In this document: positions 11,723 through 28,012 of the stretch, in pieces
How the letters are laid out: the number at the start of each line of letters is the position of its first letter
How positions within the stretch are numbered: the first letter of the stretch is position 1
From: Octopus vulgaris
Taxonomy: Eukaryota
Direction: 5' to 3'
DNA length: 64,000 nt
Assembly: GCA_951406725.2 (NCBI GenBank)
Contig: OX597823.1
Location: 87,172,001-87,236,000, forward strand
Made by a program: the position numbers and the translations under genes
Notes under the pieces: model-generated
What the model was told of the DNA's origin: nothing
Databases searched by the model: none
What the model saw: only the letters and a program-made list of their open reading frames with translations

Positions 11723-12707
11723 TTTATATATATAAAACTGAGAATGTGTGTCTGTCTGTGTGTTTCCCTAAAACTTGAGAACTACACAACCAATTTCATT
11801 CAAATATTACACATGCCTTACTTAGGGTCCGGGGAGTGTCATCGGCAAAACAAATTTTGAACTTTTTGCCTAGGGCGAGCCCACAGCAATATCATATCTT
11901 CTAAAACTTGAGAACTACACAAACAATTCCATTCAAATTTTACACATGCCTTACTTAGGGTCCATGTAGTTTCATGGGCAAAAAAATGTTCAACTTCTTG
12001 CCTAGAGCGAGCCCATAGCAATATCATATCTTCTCCACTATTTCAGTATTACGTGTTAAAAGTGAAGCAAAAACGTTTCTCTATTTTATGTCATATACTT
12101 TCACTGTAACAATAAAAGTAATAATAACAATTAAATTTTTAAATAAAAAATTAAATTTAAAAAAAGTCTATTGTCTATAAACCATACAATGTAGAGAAAA
12201 AAGAATATTTGAACACATGGAGGAAAGCAACTTCGAAAAGTATCTTGGTGCAACTATGAAAGGTATCTAATCAGAGGCGGTAAATTCACCACAATAGAAG
12301 CAAGGTTCGAGTCAACGGAGCGTGCAAGGGAGTACTCGACTCGAACTTGCTAAGTGGAAATATTTTATTCTTACCTTTATATCTGGGACGTAGGACGTCC
12401 CGCAAAAAAAATTTTATGACCCGCCCCCCCCGCCGAAGTAGAGGCAGGCTGGATTGTAACCACACTTCTATACAAGAGGGAGGACAAGATACAATTGATC
12501 GAAATTACAAGTGACGGGCTAACAATTCCAGTCTGTTATATATTTTGAGTAATGTTATCACTAGCGATATTAAGATATAACTTTGTATTTTGTATTTTAT
12601 GTGTAGATGTATATATATAGATGTACATGTAATATGTACACATATATATATACACATATATACATGCACTAGCACTATGATCCGGCAACGAGGGGTCTTT
12701 AATGCTA

Positions 12708-12708
<1 letters not shown>
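11723..12708 (+). mobile_element. Non-autonomous Helitron-like element with an internal 133-bp tandem duplication (11768-12032)
   Basis: Starts t(t)tatatatataaaa...gtgtctgtctgtg and ends in a GC-rich hairpin remnant (ccggcaacgagggg) followed by ctag then t. Two copies of ctaaaacttgagaactacac... lie 133 bp apart. Confidence 0.55.
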
Positions 12709-12751
<43 letters not shown>

Positions 12752-12814
12752 GTGTGTGTGTGTGTGTGCACAATATAATTTAATATAATCACATGTGGAT
12801 CATTGGCAAGTCTT

Positions 12815-13000
12815 TCCTCCGTCTTCCTTTTCTCTTGGACATTCCTCCATCTCCAGTTTTTAACAACGAGCCTTGCTCGAATTGTAAAACTGTATTTCTT
12901 TCCTTCGCTGAGCGTCTTCTAATACTTTGTATGAACTATGGCCTTGCTTTGTTGTTTTTTTCTTGTTGTGTTTCTTCTTTTTTTTTATTAATTATATATA
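12815..13000 (+). mobile_element. Probable Penelope terminal-repeat fragment, decayed homologue of 54490-54665
   Basis: Colinear similarity (cctccgtcttcc...gagc.ttgctcgaa...ctgagcgtc..taatact). The ribozyme-like core at 12856-12890 is mutated. Confidence 0.5.
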
Positions 13001-13150
13001 TAAATCTATAAAATATGGGGTTTAGTTCACAGGCGATCTAAACGACTAGGTACGCTAGGTAAGTGCTGTAACGGATTACTAGGGCTCCAGGGTTATAGCC
13101 GACAGAGTAGTTTTTATGAAGCTATTGCAGATTTACGTTTCAGCAGATAT

Positions 13151-13499
13151 ATAATTGTTAAAGAGAACAACAAACGTTAAGGCAAGGCAAATATCTTAAG
13201 TCATATATTATTGGAAAACAATTCAATGTCTTACAGCAGTTTCTATGATATCCAAGAGCGTGGGATATTCCGTCATCAGAGACAAATAGGGAAGATGACG
13301 ACATATAGTTCAAGTATAAAGGAATAAGGAGATGAAGAAAGAGAAGGGAAAAGAAGCATAAAAGTTCACAGTTCAACTTCCCAATCGTGTAGAAGTAAGT
13401 CCGTAAGTCCTTAGGCACAATCCTTTTCCAATAATAATAATGTATATGACTTGAGAGGTCTGCCTTGCCTTAACGGTTATTGTCCTCTTCAATAATTAT
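13151..13499 (-). mobile_element. ~350-bp element with ~70-bp inverted ends enclosing a hammerhead motif (Penelope terminal-repeat-like)
   Basis: 13151-13218 and 13424-13499 are imperfect inverted repeats sharing cgttaaggcaaggca, aagtcatata and ttattggaaaa. Confidence 0.7.
13227..13284 (-). ncRNA. Type I hammerhead-ribozyme motif
   Basis: Minus strand: tgtct-CTGATGA-cgga atatcc cacgctctt ggatat cata-GAAAC-tgct-GTA-agaca. The core is canonical, stem I has 5 bp, and the base of stem II is imperfect. Confidence 0.65.
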
Positions 13500-13639
13500 A
13501 TATAAATCTATGCATAATTGTGTGTGTGTGTGTTTGTTTGTATATGCATATTTGTGTGTGTGTATGTGTATGCATATAAATATATGCATATTCGTATGTG
13601 TCTTTGTGTATATATGTACATGAAAATATCTATATATAT

Positions 13640-13682
<43 letters not shown>

Positions 13683-14705
13683 TATGTATATATACATATA
13701 TATGCCTATATGCGCACATACATATATACATACAAATATATATATATATATATATATACGCGCACCATAAGCGCACAGATATATATGTGAGTCGGCGTAA
13801 GTATGCATATGTATGTGGATATCAATATTTTTTTTATCTGATTCTAGTTTTGTTTTAAATGGCGTGCATTGTTTGGAAGGAAATAGGGAAAAAATGTTAA
13901 TAAAAACATAGTTTTTGTACATTAAAACAAAATATAATGAAACAAAATAAGATCGTTTTTTTCAATATTTTTGCTAAAAATTTCCATAGTTACCCTTGTT
14001 CTTTTCTTGTTTTTTTTTTCATTTTAAGTATCATTGTAAATATAATCTGATATATAAATATCGTCGTTTTGTTACAACGTAAGTATGTGCCGTCCTTAAC
14101 GAGACTAGGAAGAGATGTGCTTATAAATAAATAAATTCAGATAAGATGATCGTTTTTGTTGTTACTATAGTTGCTGTGTTTGTTCTTGAGGCTGTCTCTC
14201 TTCCCGTTCGTATGTATGTTCGTGTGTTTTAAGACGCATATACACATGAATAGCTCCTTGCTTTGTTATCAATTAAATGATCTCCCATTTTGTTGCGTTT
14301 CATATTATGATAGTAACAAACGATGAACAGTCAACTCTAAATGACAAGACGTTGATTACAGCAGAGAGCTATTTTGCGAAATAATAATAATGATAATTAT
14401 TGCTTATTTACTTTTTTATTTATTTATTTTTTTACTTATTTATTTGTATATATATTCGTTGGTTTGCTTATTTTGTGATATTCTGTCTGTGTATTGCTGT
14501 AGATATAAGTACTGTTGTAAGTATGTATTAACAGTATTCCCATGTACGAATGAATATAGAGAGGTTGATAAATATATAGATAGACAAACGAAGATAGATT
14601 GATAGGTAAGTAGAGAGTTATATATATATATATATATATATATACATGCATACATATATATAAATGTATAGTGTATATATGTATGTATATTCACACCCAC
14701 CCACT

Positions 14706-14785
<80 letters not shown>

Positions 14786-14873
14786 ATATAAAGTGAGAGA
14801 GAGAGAGAAATAGATAATAGACAAATAGTTAGATAGAAAGATAGATAGATATATAGATAGATTAATGGAACTA

Positions 14874-14963
<90 letters not shown>

Positions 14964-15046
14964 AAGTGAGAGAGAGAGAGAAATAGATAATAGACAAATA
15001 GTTAGATAGAAAGATAGATAGATATATAGATAGATTAATGGAACTA

Positions 15047-15094
<48 letters not shown>

Positions 15095-15816
15095 CTGTAA
15101 ATGTGCCTACGTGCACTAGACTTCATACATGCGTAGGCTGAAATAACATATATACATACATAAATACATACAAACATACATACATACATAAATACATACA
15201 AACATAGATACATATACATTCACATACATAAAAACATACAAACATACATACATATATACATTCAAACATTCATATATACATACATACATACATACATACA
15301 TATAAACATACACACATGCAAACAAAGAGTTTGACATGCGAAGGTAAATGGAATGTTAAAGAGCTTAAACCGATGGTGGCTACCAAGACTCATCTTTTAA
15401 TGATCAGTTACAACTGCTGGGACGACGGTGGCGACGACGACGATGACGACTGCTACTACTACTACTACTACTTCTACGACGACAACTGCTGCTGCTGCTG
15501 CTACTACTACTACTACTACATGTACCTCCATCATCATCACTAACGTCAACTCCACGACCGTTATTTCTGCGAGTTTCTCTAACTGTTTTTGCCCAACACA
15601 CATGCTCTCATACGCTCTTGGTCCTTTTCTTTCTTCTATATTTTATTCTGCCAGCATAAAGAAAAACTAGGAGAAATACAAGTTCACCATAGTCGTTCTG
15701 CTTTCTTTCATATCATGTTTTTTTGTTGTTGTTTTCTTTTCATTTCATATACAATATTAAAACATAAACCAGATTTTAAAAAGAGCAATTTTATATTTTG
15801 TTTTCCCATTTACTTT

Positions 15817-16092
<276 letters not shown>

Positions 16093-16624
16093 AGAAAGGC
16101 AGGCACACATTGCCATATTTCTCTCCTCAAGAACTACGAAATAAACAAAATATCTCAGGAAAAAGCAAAAGAATGGCAAAAGTCTTGAAACATTTGTTGC
16201 CCCATTCCTTTACTTTCCATTCCCTTATAATTCTTCACGTTTTGTTCGTTTATAAATCAATTCCTTTATTCATATTATTCCTTTCATTCGACAATACCTC
16301 ATTTTTTTTTTCAATTGTGGCTTAACATTGTTCTCTCTGATTTTTTTCTCTCTCTATCGGTTTGTTTCTTTACTTGGTGCGTGTGCGTGTGGGTGTATGT
16401 GCGTGTGCGTATATATACATAAGCGCAGGCGGATCCTACATGCATACACACGCGCACGCACGCACACACGCGCGCACACACACACACACATTCACACACA
16501 CACCATATTTCCCAGTTTATTATGTGTTTTTCTATATGTTTCAAATTCACTTCCCTTATTCGTTTCTTTCTCTATCTTTCTCACTCTGTCTCTCTCTCTC
16601 TCACACACACACCCTCTCCCCTTC

Positions 16625-16657
<33 letters not shown>

Positions 16658-16679
16658 TATGTATAACTATATATATATG

Positions 16680-16737
<58 letters not shown>

Positions 16738-16773
16738 AATATATATGAATGCAGGAATGCATATATGTATGTA

Positions 16774-16847
<74 letters not shown>

Positions 16848-16859
16848 TAGATATACATA

Positions 16860-16895
<36 letters not shown>

Positions 16896-17569
16896 TATAT
16901 ATATATGTATATATTTATGTATGTATGTATCTATGTATGTTTGCATAAGCATATATGTATGTCCAGGTTCTACTTCGCGTGCTTATCCATCCTTCTGCCC
17001 ATCATTTCGTTCTTCCTCCACCTTTCCGTCTTTCCCCTCACACTGTCCCTCTATCTAACTCTCCCCATCTATCTATCTATCTATCATCTAACTATCTATC
17101 TATCTATCTATCCATCTATCTACCTATCTATCTATCTCTCTCTCTACCTACCTACCTATCTCTATCTCTCACTCAGTCTCTGCCTGTCTCTCATAGTTCT
17201 CTCATTCTACGTTTTCCTCCTGCATATCTTTTGCGTATTCTTATTCATATATTTATATTTACACTTTGTTTTGTTTTGTTCCACATTTTCCTGATAACCT
17301 TATTGAGCAGTGTTTGTTTTCATGTGTGAGTATATACATTGCCTACATGTTTACTCATGTATAGCGATATCTCCCATCGCTGTGTATCTGATTACAATGC
17401 ATGCTTCTGCCTATGTGTTTTACTTTGTGCAATTTTATCAAAATATAATTGTAATAAATCTACATAAAATTCCATAAGAAAATAATGAAAGTCCTTCTTT
17501 CCATACACTGTGATGTAGCCATACATTAATACACACGCACAAACGTACATACATACGTACATACATACA

Positions 17570-17628
<59 letters not shown>

Positions 17629-17667
17629 ATATATATGTGATATAAATATACATATACGTATATTATG

Positions 17668-17706
<39 letters not shown>

Positions 17707-17725
17707 GTATGTATATGCATATCTG

Positions 17726-17771
<46 letters not shown>

Positions 17772-17822
17772 GTATATCTATATATGTATATATATATATG
17801 TGTGTGTATATGTATATACGTA

Positions 17823-17868
<46 letters not shown>

Positions 17869-18695
17869 GTGTGTATATATATATGTATATAAATGTATAT
17901 ATATATATGTATATATGTATATATACATATATGTATATACATATGTACATGCGCGTTTATATATATATATATGTGTGTATGTAGTGGGATGTTTGTGTAT
18001 TAAATATTTACATTATGCTACCAAAAGCAGAGCAGTTTGTTTTTTAAAAAACATAAAAGTCATGTATTCTTTTTCTTTTACCTCATTTTTTTTTACATTT
18101 CTTTTTTTTTTTTTTTTTCCTAATTTAGCTACGAAAATGTTTTGTGAGTTTGTAGATAACCTACTTGAGTTTTCTATTTAGAACTGTTCTTTTAAATATG
18201 ATATAAAAGACTCATTATCCACGAAATAAAACTCAACTCTCTTTCCTTTTTATTCTTCAATTCTTGTGTATCTCATTATATTATCAGAACCGTCTTGTTT
18301 CTTTTGTTATGCCACTTTGTTTTGAATATTCGTTATCAAAGTAAATCGCTTTGTGCTTTCTTCTTTTAAAGTTTGACATTTTCTCCAGACTTATTATCGT
18401 AAGCAATATCTCAATAACTTCCAGTTATGATTAGGGGCCCCGAAAATGCTTGTGTAGACTTTATAGTTTGGCAAGCACAAACAATATCAAAACGCTGAAT
18501 AAAAAGATTCGGTTGCAAGAAGAAAGACATGGGAAAGTTCAATATTGTCTTTGAATGAAAAACAAACTTGAGCCAAACAAAGAACAATTAATTCTTTTCA
18601 GTTAGGTTTCTTGGAGGAGTTTACCAGAAGAAAAAGCAAACATCTTGAAAATCTCGAAGTTTCTTATTACCTGCTAGGCAAAATTTAAATTAGCA

Positions 18696-18696
<1 letters not shown>

Positions 18697-18750
<54 letters not shown>

Positions 18751-18840
18751 AATATATGTATATATATATATATTTATATATATATATGTGTATATATATA
18801 TGTATATATATATGTATATATATTTATATATATATATAAA

Positions 18841-18895
<55 letters not shown>

Positions 18896-18980
18896 ATATA
18901 TATATGTATATATATATATATGTATGTATATATATATGTGTATATATATATATATATATATGTATGTATATATATCTATG

Positions 18981-19014
<34 letters not shown>

Positions 19015-19066
19015 TACATATATATGTATATATATATACATATATATATATGTATATATATATATG

Positions 19067-19118
<52 letters not shown>

Positions 19119-19246
19119 TATACATATATATACATATAAATATATATGTACATATGCATATACATATATATGAATATTATATATATATACATATACTTAC
19201 AAATATATAGGTATATGTATACATATATATGTATACATATATATAT
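18697..19246. repeat. Long degenerate (TA)n/(TATG)n microsatellite, representative of dozens in the window
   Basis: Direct reading. Such tracts are the source of the YIYI-type spurious ORFs. Confidence 0.95.
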
Positions 19247-19615
19247 ACTCTTTTACTCTTTTACTTGTTTCAGTCATTTGACTGCGGCCATGCTGGAGCA
19301 CCACCTTTTAGTAGTTATTCTATCGGTCTCTTTTTGCCGAACCGCTAAGTGACGGGGACCTAAACACACCAGCATCTGTTGTCAAGCAATGCTAGGGGGA
19401 CAAACACAGACACACAAACACACACACACATATACATATATATACATATATACGACAGGCTTCTTTCAGTTTCCGTCTACCAAATCCACTCACAAGGCAT
19501 TGGTCGGCCCGGGGCTATAGCAGAAGACACTTGCCCAAGATGCCACGCAGTAGGACTGAACCCGCAACCGTGTGGTTGGTTAGCAAGCTACTTACCACAC
19601 AGCCACTCCTGCGCC
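19247..19615 (-). mobile_element. SINE family A, complete 5' end, small internal deletion
   Basis: Reverse complement of 8937-8975 plus 11232-11597. It provides the uninterrupted reference for the insertion site. Confidence 0.9.
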
Positions 19616-20408
19616 TATATATATATATATATATATATATATACTAATGATTATTACGAAGTGGCATAGCATTATCTTTAATTCTTTTTTATATATACAT
19701 ATATATCTGTATATGCATATATACTAATACATATTTATATATACATGCATGCATATATATGTGTGTGTGTGTGTCTTTTTGCGCGCGTGTGTGTTTGCGT
19801 GTGCGTTTACAAATATTCGAGTTATTCACGTTATGTTCGTCACTAGTACCTTCGGATAGGGATTCCTGTCTCAACATCACACTATCTCGTTGTTTCGAAT
19901 GTTTCTCATAATTTCTAGCATTTCAAGAAAGGTTGGGAACAGGCAAAATCCTTGCTGCACCGAATAACATGCTTAGCAGTATTTTCCTCAGATTCTTTCA
20001 CGTTCTGAGTTCAAATGCAACCGAGACCGACTTTGCATTTATCTTTCGCGATCCATAAAAACGGGTACCATTTCAGAACTGGAGTCGATGCAATCAATTA
20101 ATGACTTTCCTCTTAAAATTGCTGGCATTGCGCAAATATTAGAAATAATTATAAATATTTTGTCTTTAATCACTTAATTTCATCGTTGCGCCGTTTATCC
20201 AACAACGTTGCGCTTAATAATCCTTTCTGTTATAGGCGCATGGCCTGAAATTTCTTGGGAGGTTGCAAGTCAATTAGATCGACCCCAGCACGCAACTGGT
20301 ACTTAATTTGGCGATGTCCTGCAGTCATATATGCACACATATTATTTATTATTATTAATTGATCGTCACGCATCCATTTCCAAGTATATATATGTCTGTG
20401 TGTGTATA

Positions 20409-20479
<71 letters not shown>

Positions 20480-20507
20480 GGGCATATATATGTATATATA
20501 TATATGC

Positions 20508-20922
20508 ACTAAACCCGGAACCCTATGGTTCGTAAACAAGCGGCTTGCTTAGCAACCACATGGTTCCGGGTTCAGTCCCACTGCGTGGAACCTTCGGCAA
20601 GTGTCTTCTAATATAGCCTCGGGCCGACCAAAGCCTTGTGAGTAGATTTGTTAGACGGAAACTGAAAGAAGTCAGTCGTATATATGTATATGTATATATA
20701 TATATGTATGTGTGTATATATGTTTGTGTGTCTGTCTGTCCCCACAACATCGCTTGAAACCGATGCTGGTGTGTTTACGTCCCGGTAATTTAGCGGTTCG
20801 GCAAAAGAGAAGGATAGAATAAGTACTAGGCTTACAAAGAATAAGTCCTAGTGTCGATTTGCTCGACTAAAGGCGGTGCTCCAGCATGGCCACAGTCACA
20901 TGACTGAAACAAGTAAAAGAGT
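20508..20922 (+). mobile_element. SINE family A with an inverted 5' segment
   Basis: The body at 20543-20922 matches family A. 20508-20541 is an inverted diverged copy of 20543-20576. Confidence 0.85.
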
Positions 20923-20935
20923 ATATATATATGTG

Positions 20936-20977
<42 letters not shown>

Positions 20978-21249
20978 TATATATATATATACATATTTAT
21001 ACATATGATAAGAAAATGGAGATTGGCACGTTAATAATTGTGAAGATGACCAGTGTGTTGTTAATAACAAACAATCGTTAGCTTTCTAATCTTTATTTTC
21101 TTTACTTCTTTTAAATGGCTATAACCTATACGCTTTATATGTACCTGTTGTTTTGAGCGCATTATATTCTCCCAAAATACTAGGTATTCAGCTAATATTT
21201 CCTTGGAGGCAACCATCCCTTCATGAGGTTAACATATCCTCTAATTAAA

Positions 21250-21400
21250 TATTGGTTGGTGCATAATTTTTGCGGCTCTTTTTCAGCAAATTTCATTCAG
21301 CAAAAACAATAACAATATTTAACAAAATCATCTCTAAATGACTGTCTGACCGTGTGCCAAGCAAATGGGAAGCAGTAGATAGTGAGTAAAAGATAAACTT
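21250..21400 (+). mobile_element. Possible mariner-derived MITE fragment
   Basis: tattggttggtgcataatttttgcgg resembles mariner TIRs (tattaggttggtgca...ttgcgg), and DRVPSKWEAVDS resembles a transposase C-terminus. Confidence 0.4.
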
Positions 21401-21545
21401 GGACTAATCGATGGGCTTTTTTAAATATTGTTTTTCTAAATGCATGTGTGTGCTATTCAGTCCAGAAAGAATATAAGAGACGTCATGACAAAATAGCAAG
21501 GATTGTCCACTGGACACTTTGCAACAAGTATAGACAGAGCAAGAA

Positions 21546-23990
<2,445 letters not shown>

Positions 23991-24058
23991 GTACGGCAAA
24001 CACTCGGCGAGAAACGGAAGAAAATTTGAAGAAACAAGGAAAAAATAATAATAATAAC

Positions 24059-24120
<62 letters not shown>

Positions 24121-24139
24121 TAATAATAATAATAATAAA

Positions 24140-24692
24140 TGCCTTGATGCAGCACCAGGCACTGGCTCTCGTGGCTTCTGATCTTGGCTGATTGGAAGTG
24201 TTATCATGTACATTGTTTTGTCTTGGTATAAAAGATGGGCTACAGCAAATATTCTGCTCAATACCACAGATTTGCTTGTCAGATGTTTGACCTTAACCAG
24301 TTGAGCATGTCCATTTGTGTCTGACGATATGTGCATCTCTGATCACGAGCAGAAGTAGTGGGGAGCATCATAGCCATGTGTTGAAAAGTATTCTTAGGGG
24401 TTTGAATAATTAATCTTTGGAAATATGGGTGTTTCGTTCAACATACTTAAACAACCTTTATTCAAGGCCCTTTTGAGCAGGATGGGTTACTCGACCAGAA
24501 GAATAGTCTAACTGGGCCCCACCTGCAAGGTCATGTGCTGTATATCTTGATATGGGATCACCAAGTCACGCACATATGTTTGTGATGCATGTGCCTTGTG
24601 CACCCTTATCAGACTGGTTGTCATGATGGGTATACTGGGCTACGTATATTTTACCCAGTATCACATCGATGGCATGCACTGCTCTCTCACTC
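24140..24692 (+). mobile_element. ~550-bp non-coding TAA-associated repeat, copy 2 (full length)
   Basis: (taa)n-tgccttgatgcagcaccagg...ggcatgcactgctctctcactc-(aat)n. Confidence 0.88.
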
Positions 24693-24887
24693 AATAATGA
24701 TAATAACAATAATAATAACAATAATATTGCATGCGTCGGAAACTTTAGTCTCTCTTACAGAATGATTTGTACTTGAATCAATTTATTTATGTTCATTCTT
24801 TAAAACCATAATCTAAAAAACATTATCGGAGATTTAGTTGGAGCTATATGTAATAGTCAATATTTTAATAATTTATAATTTTCTGTG

Positions 24888-25100
24888 AAGGCGGCGAACT
24901 GGCAGAATCGTAAGTACACAAAATTCTTAGCTACATTTCGTCCGTGTTCACGTTGTAAGTTCAAAATTCTACCGGGATCGACATTTCCTTTCAGCATTTC
25001 GGGGGTCAACACAATGGGGACCAGTTGGATACTGGAGGATCATGTAATCAGCTTTTCCCTTTCCTTGAAACTGCAGGCATTGTGTCAAAAATTTGCAACC
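24888..25100 (+). mobile_element. SINE family B, diverged
   Basis: aaggcggcgaactggcagaatcgt...agttcaaattct...ttcgggggtc. Confidence 0.65.
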
Positions 25101-25645
25101 AATATGTATCATTTGCTTTACGTTATGTGTTATCGGATCGAAAATATCATACTGAGTGAATGGTTTTCGATTTTGAATAAAAGTTTGAACTTGTATATTG
25201 ATTTTAAATCTATTTGTTATTTTTAATATTATCTAACATAATATTTATCTTCGGTTCCATTGTTCTCTCATAATACTACGCATTTCTTTAGATCATCGGC
25301 CTCAAGAGATTCTCGACGGTCGTCTGGATGACGTCTTGTTCGAAAGCAATCAAAATTCCTATCAGAATTCATTGGTTTTGATTTTTCTTTGATTATAATC
25401 TTTGGATTCTTCCCTTTGATCTTCTTGGCAGTCTGGATATGCATAACCCAAAGTAACGTAGACATATTGATGCATAAAAGACATGTGCAGGCTTGTATTT
25501 ACCATATTCAGTATTCTTTTGGCAGTGTGGGCATAACGCCCAATGGATACACACACACGCATATTCCCAAGCTTATATGTAAGTTTGTGTGTGCGTGTCT
25601 ACATACACACACGTATATAACTCTGTCTATCTATCTACCTATCTA

Positions 25646-25702
<57 letters not shown>

Positions 25703-25784
25703 CTACTACTACTGCCCACAGGAACATATATAAAGGAGAAAAGACAGGCAGTCAACCACAGTTGAAACACTCCGGTCACAACCT

Positions 25785-25828
25785 GGGACCTTGATGACTG
25801 CTATAATACAAGAAAGTATACTAGTCCC
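25785..25828 (+). ncRNA. Hammerhead-like motif (degenerate)
   Basis: gggac-c-TTGATGA-ctgctataatacaa-GAAA-gtatac-TA-gtccc: stem I gggac/gtccc, palindromic stem III, one extra base in the core. Confidence 0.45.
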
Positions 25829-26254
25829 TTAATATTTAATAATTTATATTCAACATATCATCTATTCAAAAAGACAATCAATACTTCATTTTATCTTACT
25901 ATATATACTATTTATGCTATATATTCTATATTCTACATTAATATTATAAAGAATATAAATAAAACATAAAAAACAGAGTTGGGATTGCTTTGAATAATAT
26001 ATATGTGCGCGCACTTCGTGCTGCATCTCTTCGTGCAGTACGAATCTTTGTCAGTGAACAGGTCGCGGTCTCAAAGCGACGAAAATATTTTAGAGGCTGA
26101 CTGTTTAAAATACGGTTTTCACCAATCCGAATGCAGTTTAAACATCATGGTTTGCCAGGTCTTCCGATAATCTGTAATTTGTTTATATTCATATGCTAGA
26201 GATATTTTCTAATCCACATCGTGAAATGGTTGTTATAGTATTGTTGGTATTTCT

Positions 26255-27372
26255 GTTCAGATTAGATTTGAACATTTTATAAACCGTTTTTCTTTCATAT
26301 CTCTTCCAATCTCACTTGTGTCATGTTTTTGGAAAGGAAACATTAGAAGCATTTTTTTACCACCTGTCTGTATATGTTCCCTCAATGGAATTTGAGGAAC
26401 ATTGGTGTTCCGTATTTGTTATCTGTGTGGACTCGTGAGCGTTCTAATAATGCATTCCCTGTCTCGCCTATATATATAGTTCCGTGCAATTCGGGCATTT
26501 AATGCAGTAGATCAAATTTCTGCTTTTGCAGTTCATATCTGCATTTGCGAAAATCTGTCCAATTTTTGTTCTAATAGATCTACCAGTATACATGTATTGA
26601 CACGTTCCTCTCCTTTTATCATTACACTTGCGTACTGTAAAAGTTTTACTCTGTTTTTTAATGCACAATTATCCCTTTGTTAATACTTTCTTTTGGTTAT
26701 GTAGTTGCCGTTTTGCTTAAAATAAGTGTCTGATTAGCTATTAAGTTGTTTTTTTTTTTAATTTTTCAATTTGTTTTATGATTAGCAAATTTGTTTTGAT
26801 GGTGTTAAAAATGTTTTGGTGATGCGGAGTGTGTTGCTAGAAATGGTATTGTCTTCCTTCGATGGGTTCGTCTTTTTTGTGTTGCCTTAAGTTGCTCGTT
26901 GTATGCTATTTTCTATAAGTAGGTAAGGATAATTTTGCTTGAGCAGAAATCCTTTGAGTTTTATAAGTCGTGTATTTCTGGTATTTGGATCGGCGACTAT
27001 AGTACAAATCATCCTGGCTAGACAGTACGGGATATTGCGTTTTGTGCGTGTTGGGTGGCATGATTTGAAATTTAGTTACTGGTGTGTATCTGTGCTTATT
27101 GTAATAAATATCAGTAGTGATTGTGGTGTTGATTTTAATCATGCTTATGTCAAGAAATTGTGTGTTGCTCATTTATCTTGTGAATTTGAGACTAGGTTAT
27201 AGATTTTTGAGGAGGGTACCGAATTCTTCCAGATTTTAAAAGGATTTGGTTCAGATTAGGAAACAGTCATTGAGGTATCTTTTCCAAGTGTCCTCTATAT
27301 GTCTCTTAAATGCCATGCCGTAGTTCTCTTCAACTTTTATATAGGTTTTGTTCCAAGTATCCCAATACTGAG
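26255..27372 (-). mobile_element. Degenerate Penelope-like element (RT C-half + GIY-YIG endonuclease)
   Basis: Minus-strand remnants LGYLEQNLY, WKRYLNDCFLI, QFLDISMIK..TDIYY and NCKSRNLIYCIKCPNCTELYI(GETG), with many frameshifts. Confidence 0.82.
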
Positions 27373-28012
27373 TATATATATATATACCACCCAGCGAACT
27401 TCCACCATGGGTCATCACAATTGCTTAAGGTAAAAATGAATTCCTCGCTCTTTCGGAAACATCAATCTTCTGTATTGACCGCTTTCCACCACTTTGATCT
27501 GTTTTTTGTATTGAATACGTATCGCCACCGTGGGCCACTGCATCGAACACTTTGAACATATACTTCAAACTATATATCAACTATACATGAACTATATATC
27601 AACTATACATGAACTCTAAGGTGTCTGACTCCGTTGTGTATTATAAATGAATTTCTTGTGTTTGACGGCATGAGCTGTCTTTTTTTATATATAACTTTTT
27701 TTGATAAGGTTCATTTCAGGAACTGAAACATGTTATAATGTATATATAAAAATTAAAAATTGTATAATACAGCAGCATTTTCGAACTTCATTTTTTACAA
27801 ATATATATATATATATATTGTAGAATTCGACGTAGATGTCTGAGACAATATGTATGCTAACAGTGGCTCAGCGACCATTGTGGAAGCAGAAATAGGCTGC
27901 TCATTTGAGCTTATAAGGCATCACAATCTAGTTATAAATAAATGTGTTATAATATTTTTATAAAGAGCTAACAACCATTAGCTGTACACTAGGAAACCAA
28001 CGGACGTATATA

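Noticed and set aside
24140-24165. Resemblance of the 550-bp element 5' end (gcagtaccagg-like) to U2 snRNA stem-loop IV
   Set aside because: The match is only about 10 nt, with no other U2 features.
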